A stretch of DNA of 40,000 bases. Origin: an uncultured Gilvimarinus sp. GTDB lineage: Bacteria > Pseudomonadota > Gammaproteobacteria > Pseudomonadales > Cellvibrionaceae. Where the stretch lies: positions 21,777-61,776 of the forward strand of contig NZ_CAXBFW010000017.1 of NCBI RefSeq assembly GCF_963975215.1. Reading direction: 5' to 3'. Made by a program: the position numbers and the translations under genes. Below the pieces are notes generated by a model that was given only the letters and a program-made list of their open reading frames with translations, was not told the origin of the DNA and ran no database searches. How positions within the stretch are numbered: position 1 is the first letter of the stretch; each line of letters opens with the position of its first letter. Shown piece after piece: positions 34,506 to 40,000 of this stretch.

Positions 34506-37289
34506 CTAGAAATTAGCCCGTAACCGAACCCCAAAGCGACGATCATTGAGTACGTAATCGCGGGGGCGGTTGGGGTAGGCTTGATAGGTAAAGTTGTTTT
34601 CGTCGAGCACGTTGACGGCATCGATAGAAACGCTCCAGATCTCGCTAAAGTCGTAGCTGATCGAGGCATCCAGCTGACCGTAGGCATCGTTATAGATGGG
34701 TAGATTGCCGGTACCATTACCGGCGGTGGTAATGACCCAGTCATCGCGCCAGTTGTACGCCAAACGGGCCGAGAAACCACCTTTCTCGTAAAGCCCAACC
34801 AGGTTGTAGCTGTTTTCAGATAAGCCCTCGAGCGGCACCAGCAAGGCGTTGCCCTCGCTATCGGTCGCGCTGGGGCTGGGGGCTTCGCTGTCGACAAACG
34901 TGTAGTTGGCCTGTAAGCCAAGGCCGTCAAAGGGGGCCGGTAAAAAGTCGAAAAAGCTCTGCAAGCCCACTTCGAGCCCTTTAATGGTGCCCTCTTCACC
35001 GTTTACCGGTGCGCTTACTTCAAAGGTTTCTGTGCCTTTACCCGGCACCTCAAACGCCGCGTCGTAGATGCCATTTTGGACGAAGTTTTTCACCTTTTTA
35101 TGGAACAAGGTGGCGTACAGCATGCTGGCGTCGTCGTAGTACCACTCTATTGCGGTATCAAACTGATCGACGGTAAGCGGCTCTAGCGCCGGGTTGCCAC
35201 CCTCGCCCGTGGCATCGCGGTACACCGGCGGCGTTGCAGGGTCGTTGTCGTCGTCGATGTAGTTTTCCGACAGGGTGAAGTTAGCCGACAAATTCGCAAA
35301 CGACGGACGCGATAAGCCGCGCGATAGCGCAAAGCGCCAGTAGAGGTTATCGGCCAGGAAGAAGCGTAAGTTCAAGCTCGGCAAGACTTTTGTGTAGTCC
35401 TGTTCGAGCGCAATCGGCTGCTGCGACTCGAGATCGGTGGTGGTATCGCCGGCATCGCGGTAGGTTAAGGTCTGAGTGCCAATGGCTTCGGCATCGGTTT
35501 TTACCACCCGCACGCCGATGTTACCGTCAAACGCGACAAAGGCATCGTCCATACCAAAATCGAGCATACCGTACACCGCCTGGGTGTTTTCGCCCTGCTC
35601 GTTGATTTGGTTGCGCTCGGGAAAGCTCGAAGGCGCCCCGGAATTTGGGTTGATGCTGGCCAGTACTTGCAGCGCGCGGTCGTGGTCTTTGAGTAAGTCT
35701 GGACTGACGACATAGTGCGCGCCAAAATTGGCCTCGGAGGCATCGCCACGCCACAGGGTATCTTGATGTGGGTCTAATACATTATATTCTGGGAAGTCTT
35801 CATACTCGGCGGGAGCATCGGCTCCCGCAATGGCAAACCAATCAAACCCAGAGTCGGCCGTGCGCACGTCTTTATCGGTAAAGCGTACACCTGCGCTAAA
35901 GCTGCGCATAAAGCCGCCGGTGTCTAAGTCCCACTCTAGATCGGTACGTACCGCCACCTCTTCACCGGTATTATCGGCAGAACGCGCCATCATGGCTTCG
36001 TAGTAATAGTTGGACTGGTCTTCCAAATAGGCATCTGGGGTTACTTGGTAACTCGGGCGCTCGCCCGTCAGATCCAGATAAAAGGTCGTGCCATCATCAA
36101 TGCTGCCAAATGCGGTCACGTCGCGATAGCTGGTGTCAGAATCCACGTATTGCACATCACCGGTGATTTTTAGCTGGCTGTTGGCGTGCCAGATAAAGCC
36201 GGTGGCGTAATCTGTCGTTTCGGAATCGCGCACCGCATCGCGGGTAAAACTTTGGAACGGCGGATTCACAAAGCCGCCGGTTTCTAGGTTACCAGCGCCA
36301 TCAAAAGTAAAACTGCCGGGCACTGGGGTCAGAGAGCCGCCCTCGCCCGCGCCATAGGCAAAAATGCCCGTTTGCGGATCGTAAAACTCGTACTTAGAAC
36401 TTAGGTACGTGGCGTAAAACTCTAAGTCGTTATTGGGTGCCCACTGCGCCGCCAGGGCCGTGCCGATGCGCTCACGGTCGCCGCTCCGAGAGGAGATGCC
36501 GCCGCCAGAGGCCACCTCGACCTCTTCACCCTCGTAGCCCGGAATATCCGTACGAGTAAAGAATGGTTCGACAATTACCGAGTCTTCCCGAAACACCGCC
36601 TCGTTGTACGAGACGTTAGCCAGCAAGCCAAACTCGCCGGCGTCGGTGATCCAACGGTTAGAGTACAGCGCCGAGGCACCGTAGCCTTCGTCGTCGCGCA
36701 CGTCGTAGTGAGTGCCATTTACCGCCACGTTAATAAGCTGGCCATCGGCATCAAAAGGTTTGCGGGTGCGCAGATTAACCACACCGCCAATACCGCCTTC
36801 AATTTGATTGGCGGCTGGGTTTTTGTACACGTCGACCCCGGCCAACAACTCGGATGGCACATCTTCTAAGCTGAGGCCGCGGCCATCGGTGGTCGAGAAA
36901 ATATCGCGCCCGTTAAGCTCGGTGCGCACCTGAGTTAAACCGCGAATGGCAATCTCGCTGCCCTCGCCGCGGTTGCGGGAGATCTGAACACCCGAGATAC
37001 GCTGCAGGGTTTCGGCCACGTTGACGTCGGGCAGCTTGCCGATATCAGTTGCCACCACTGAGTCGACAATCACCGCGGAATCCCGCTTGATCTGCTGTGC
37101 GGACTCAATACTGGCGCGCTGTCCGGTAACGACCACTTCTTCCAGCGCGAGCTGATCGGCATCGCCAGCGGTTTGGGCAAACGCCGGCACCGCGCCTACG
37201 GCACACAGGGCCATCGCCGATACACTGGTACGCCGCGGTATTGCGCGGGCAAGCCCGCGCGCGATGTGCGATATTTTATGGTTATTCAC
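34506..37289 (-). CDS. TonB-dependent receptor
   Basis: 927 aa, paralogous to 31258-34227, with the same plug motifs and terminal ...RLRANF. Confidence 0.9.
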   Translation of the reverse strand: MNNHKISHIARGLARAIPRRTSVSAMALCAVGAVPAFAQTAGDADQLALEEVVVTGQRASIESAQQIKRDSAVIVDSVVATDIGKLPDVNVAETLQRISGVQISRNRGEGSEIAIRGLTQVRTELNGRDIFSTTDGRGLSLEDVPSELLAGVDVYKNPAANQIEGGIGGVVNLRTRKPFDADGQLINVAVNGTHYDVRDDEGYGASALYSNRWITDAGEFGLLANVSYNEAVFREDSVIVEPFFTRTDIPGYEGEEVEVASGGGISSRSGDRERIGTALAAQWAPNNDLEFYATYLSSKYEFYDPQTGIFAYGAGEGGSLTPVPGSFTFDGAGNLETGGFVNPPFQSFTRDAVRDSETTDYATGFIWHANSQLKITGDVQYVDSDTSYRDVTAFGSIDDGTTFYLDLTGERPSYQVTPDAYLEDQSNYYYEAMMARSADNTGEEVAVRTDLEWDLDTGGFMRSFSAGVRFTDKDVRTADSGFDWFAIAGADAPAEYEDFPEYNVLDPHQDTLWRGDASEANFGAHYVVSPDLLKDHDRALQVLASINPNSGAPSSFPERNQINEQGENTQAVYGMLDFGMDDAFVAFDGNIGVRVVKTDAEAIGTQTLTYRDAGDTTTDLESQQPIALEQDYTKVLPSLNLRFFLADNLYWRFALSRGLSRPSFANLSANFTLSENYIDDDNDPATPPVYRDATGEGGNPALEPLTVDQFDTAIEWYYDDASMLYATLFHKKVKNFVQNGIYDAAFEVPGKGTETFEVSAPVNGEEGTIKGLEVGLQSFFDFLPAPFDGLGLQANYTFVDSEAPSPSATDSEGNALLVPLEGLSENSYNLVGLYEKGGFSARLAYNWRDDWVITTAGNGTGNLPIYNDAYGQLDASISYDFSEIWSVSIDAVNVLDENNFTYQAYPNRPRDYVLNDRRFGVRLRANF

Positions 37290-37343
37290 AGTACTCTCCT
37301 CATGGTAAATCGATGGGCAGGGTCTGCGCCCTGCTGATAATGC

Positions 37344-39710
37344 TTATTTTTTTACACTTGGCAAAACCTGGTAGCGGGCGCCGGCACGGGCCAAAAACAC
37401 CGTGTTGCCGTCGCGGAATGTACCGATCTCTTTGCCCTCACTATTCAGAATCCGCACCGAGCCGCCGGCCACGGTAAGCTCGCCGTCCCGCCCAGCCAGC
37501 AGCTGCGCGCCGGTTAACTTGCCGCCGCGCCAGGCGATATCCACGGTGACGTCGCCACGGGCTTTTAGGCCTTTTACCTCGCCCTCGGGCCAGCGGCTTG
37601 GCAGTGCGGGCAGTAGGTGCAAGGTCAGATCCTGGCTTTGCAACAGCATCTCGGCGATGCCGGCGGTAGCGCCAAAGTTACCGTCAATTTGAAACGGCGG
37701 ATGGTTATCCCAGAGGTTGGGTAACGTGCTGCGTTTAAACTGTTCGCCCAGCACTTTGTGGGCGCGGTCGCCATCGAGCAGGCGCGCCCAAAAATTGATC
37801 TTCCACGCTTGCGACCAACCAGTGCCGCCATCGCCGCGGGCGTTGAGGGTTACTTTGGCGGCCTCGGCGAGCTTGGGGGTTTGCGCCGGGCTAATCACAC
37901 GCCCCGGATGCAGCGCGTAAAGCTGCGAGACATGCCGGTGCTGGCTGGTTTTATCGTCCAGATCCTCTCGCCACTCTTGCAGCTGGCCCCAGCTGCCAAT
38001 ACGCAGGCCCGGCTCGAGTTTGGCCAGGGCCGCCGTTAACTTGCCGGCAAACCCGTCGTCATCTAACTTGAGCGCCGCGGCGCGGGTGTTGCTAAACAGC
38101 TCGGTCACGATTTGCTGGCTCATGGCAGCGGCTACGGTAAAGTCGCCGTGCTCGGGGGAGAAACTCGGGCTTACGACCAGCGAGTCGCCGTCTTGCACCA
38201 GCGCATCGAGCCAAAACTGTGCGGCTTGCTTCATAATTGGGTAGGCGCGCTCAGCAAGAAACACCTCATCACCGGTAAACAGGTAGTGCTCGTAATAATG
38301 TTGCATCAGCCAGGCGGCCGACTCGGGCTGCCAAAACGCCGTAGGCCAGGCGATGACACCGGTAAAACCGTAAATATTGGTGTTTAAAAACAGCGTCCAG
38401 CCCCTGGCGCCCACCAGTTTTTGCGCCGACACCCGGCCCGGCTCGACTAACGAGTCGACAAAGTCATAAAGCGGCGCGGTTGTCTCCGCAAGGTTGGTGA
38501 CTAAGGCCGGCCAGTAATTCATCTGCAGGTTAATGTTGACGTGATAGTCGGCGTTCCAGGGCGGCGTATTAGAGTGATTCCACACCCCCTGTAAATTGGC
38601 GGGTAAGCTGCCGGCGCGCGATGAACTGATCAACAAATAGCGGCCAAACTGAAAGTACAACGCCTCCAGCGCACGGTCGGCGGCCAGGTTGCCTGTGCCG
38701 TATTGTGCGAGCAACTCTGGGGTGGGCACCTTGGGCGTCACTTGGCCAATATCCAGGCTAACGCGGTTAAACAAGCCCTGGTAATCTTGCAGGTGAGCCG
38801 CACGCAACTGCGCCGGCGTTTTGCCGCGCGCGGCACTGACGGTTTGGCTGAGGGCGCGGTGCGGGTGCTCCCCGCGATAATCCGGATATTGCTGGCGGTA
38901 ATTGGTGGCAGCGCTAAACAGCAAGGTCACAGCGTCGGCGTTTTGCACACTTAGGCTATTGTCACCGGCGCCGGTGTTAACCTTTGCGCCATTCGCCCGC
39001 ATAGCCACCTGGCCCTCATAGATTAAGCCATTGTCATTAAGCGCCCCCTCCACGGTTAACAGAGCATCGTGGCGGGTAAACCGGGCGCTGCGATTGTCGG
39101 GTATCTTGAGCGCAACATTAACGCTGATGGCGGCGTCCTGATCGGCGCTCAGGTTTACCACGAGGACTTGATCGGGGTAGCTGTAAAAATATTCGCGGGT
39201 GTAATTAACACCATCGCGGGCATAAGTTACGCTGGCAATACCGCGCGCCAGATCCAGTTGGCGACGGTAATCACTCGCCTCACCCTGGCCGGCCACGGCA
39301 ATTTCGAGCTCGCCAAAATTTTGGTAGTTACCATAGCCCTTAATCTCACGGCCCATCAGCTCGGCCGCGGCCTCTGGCGTCATACGACCCTGCTCGGCCA
39401 AAATGGCTTGCACCTTCTTTAGCTCGGCCACTTGGTCGCCCTCAGGCGGGACGCCGTAGTCATAGCCCTGTTTGGAGCCTGGGCCACCCTCCCACAGGGT
39501 TTTCTCGTTCAGCTGCAGAACATCTTGCTCGATACCACCAAAAATAACGGCCCCCATGGCGCCATTGCCAATGGGCATACCCTCTTGTTCCCAGTCACTT
39601 GCGGGGCTGTCAAACCAAAGCACAGGCGAGGCTGAGGCTATAGAGCCGGCAAAAGACAGCGCTACCATTGCGAGACCAATAAATGCCGATTTAGGTGTGG
39701 TTACTGCCAT
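37344..39710 (-). CDS. Glycoside hydrolase family 95 (alpha-L-fucosidase-like)
   Basis: 788 aa with a signal peptide and GH95-like blocks ([40 protein letters not shown]). Confidence 0.85.
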   Translation of the reverse strand: MAVTTPKSAFIGLAMVALSFAGSIASASPVLWFDSPASDWEQEGMPIGNGAMGAVIFGGIEQDVLQLNEKTLWEGGPGSKQGYDYGVPPEGDQVAELKKVQAILAEQGRMTPEAAAELMGREIKGYGNYQNFGELEIAVAGQGEASDYRRQLDLARGIASVTYARDGVNYTREYFYSYPDQVLVVNLSADQDAAISVNVALKIPDNRSARFTRHDALLTVEGALNDNGLIYEGQVAMRANGAKVNTGAGDNSLSVQNADAVTLLFSAATNYRQQYPDYRGEHPHRALSQTVSAARGKTPAQLRAAHLQDYQGLFNRVSLDIGQVTPKVPTPELLAQYGTGNLAADRALEALYFQFGRYLLISSSRAGSLPANLQGVWNHSNTPPWNADYHVNINLQMNYWPALVTNLAETTAPLYDFVDSLVEPGRVSAQKLVGARGWTLFLNTNIYGFTGVIAWPTAFWQPESAAWLMQHYYEHYLFTGDEVFLAERAYPIMKQAAQFWLDALVQDGDSLVVSPSFSPEHGDFTVAAAMSQQIVTELFSNTRAAALKLDDDGFAGKLTAALAKLEPGLRIGSWGQLQEWREDLDDKTSQHRHVSQLYALHPGRVISPAQTPKLAEAAKVTLNARGDGGTGWSQAWKINFWARLLDGDRAHKVLGEQFKRSTLPNLWDNHPPFQIDGNFGATAGIAEMLLQSQDLTLHLLPALPSRWPEGEVKGLKARGDVTVDIAWRGGKLTGAQLLAGRDGELTVAGGSVRILNSEGKEIGTFRDGNTVFLARAGARYQVLPSVKK

Positions 39711-40000
39711 GATGTTGTGACGGAGAGCCCGCCTCCTCGCTATTTATGGTGTTTATGTCAGCCAGTGGCCACGTTATAACGCAGATATTTTTATAGGCAC
39801 AAAACATTTTCCATATAAAAACTATTCTTTACAAAACCAATAGCACACAGGCCGGTAAGCTCCGGGCTGTGCACTAATAGTATGACAAATAATTTTAGAA
39901 TATAGCGTGCGGGTTGGCCGTCAGTGCGCAAAACTTTGTTGAATAGAGCTGTAGGTCGCTTTGAGTTTAGCAAGCTCGAAGGGAGGTTTGAAAAAACCGT

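Noticed and set aside
34493-34999. 168-aa ORF in an alternative frame of the TonB-dependent receptor gene
   Set aside because: It is on the same strand in an overlapping frame, with a Pro/Ala/Arg-rich composition typical of off-frame translation of GC-rich genes.

Overview
The window has three parts.

**1. Positions 1-11.8 kb: ordinary chromosomal genes.** These are an AraC-family regulator tail, a GNAT acetyltransferase, an ExeM/NucH-type secreted nuclease, the lipocalin Blc, a lipoprotein with four FAS1 (fasciclin) domains, small conserved DUF proteins, an esterase, a PAS-GGDEF diguanylate cyclase, and membrane proteins or lipoproteins.

**2. About 11.9-26.7 kb: a complete sedentary-type chromosomal integron.**
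- intI (25647-26666, +) is full length. Its promoter overlaps a perfect LexA box.
- The attI core GTTAGGC lies at 25297-25303.
- About 16 minus-strand cassettes are separated by attC palindromes. On the + strand these read YTAACGCC...CTTGTTAKNN.
- The array has been invaded several times: an intact IS3-family IS sits inside one attC; a group II intron sits at the R' end of another attC, in the sense orientation and 3'-truncated; an HUH/Y1 transposase element with three 24-nt repeats abuts the intron; and there is an IS3-like remnant next to a 46-nt hairpin.
- The array also holds an inverted parDE toxin-antitoxin cassette, a cassette-precise duplication with one mismatch, a cytidine/blasticidin-deaminase-like cassette, a RimJ-like GNAT, and many orphan cassettes.
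- Two orphans are membrane-anchored proteins of 184 and 204 aa. With the deaminase cassette, these are my best candidates for undescribed single-gene functions such as phage defence.
- Distal attC sites look degenerate.

**3. Positions 26.7-40 kb:** acnA, then a polysaccharide-utilisation-like cluster of a tryptophan-halogenase-like flavoprotein, two TonB-dependent receptors and a GH95 fucosidase.

I saw no rRNA, tRNA or CRISPR. The gene content suggests a marine polysaccharide-degrading gammaproteobacterium, but that is inference only.
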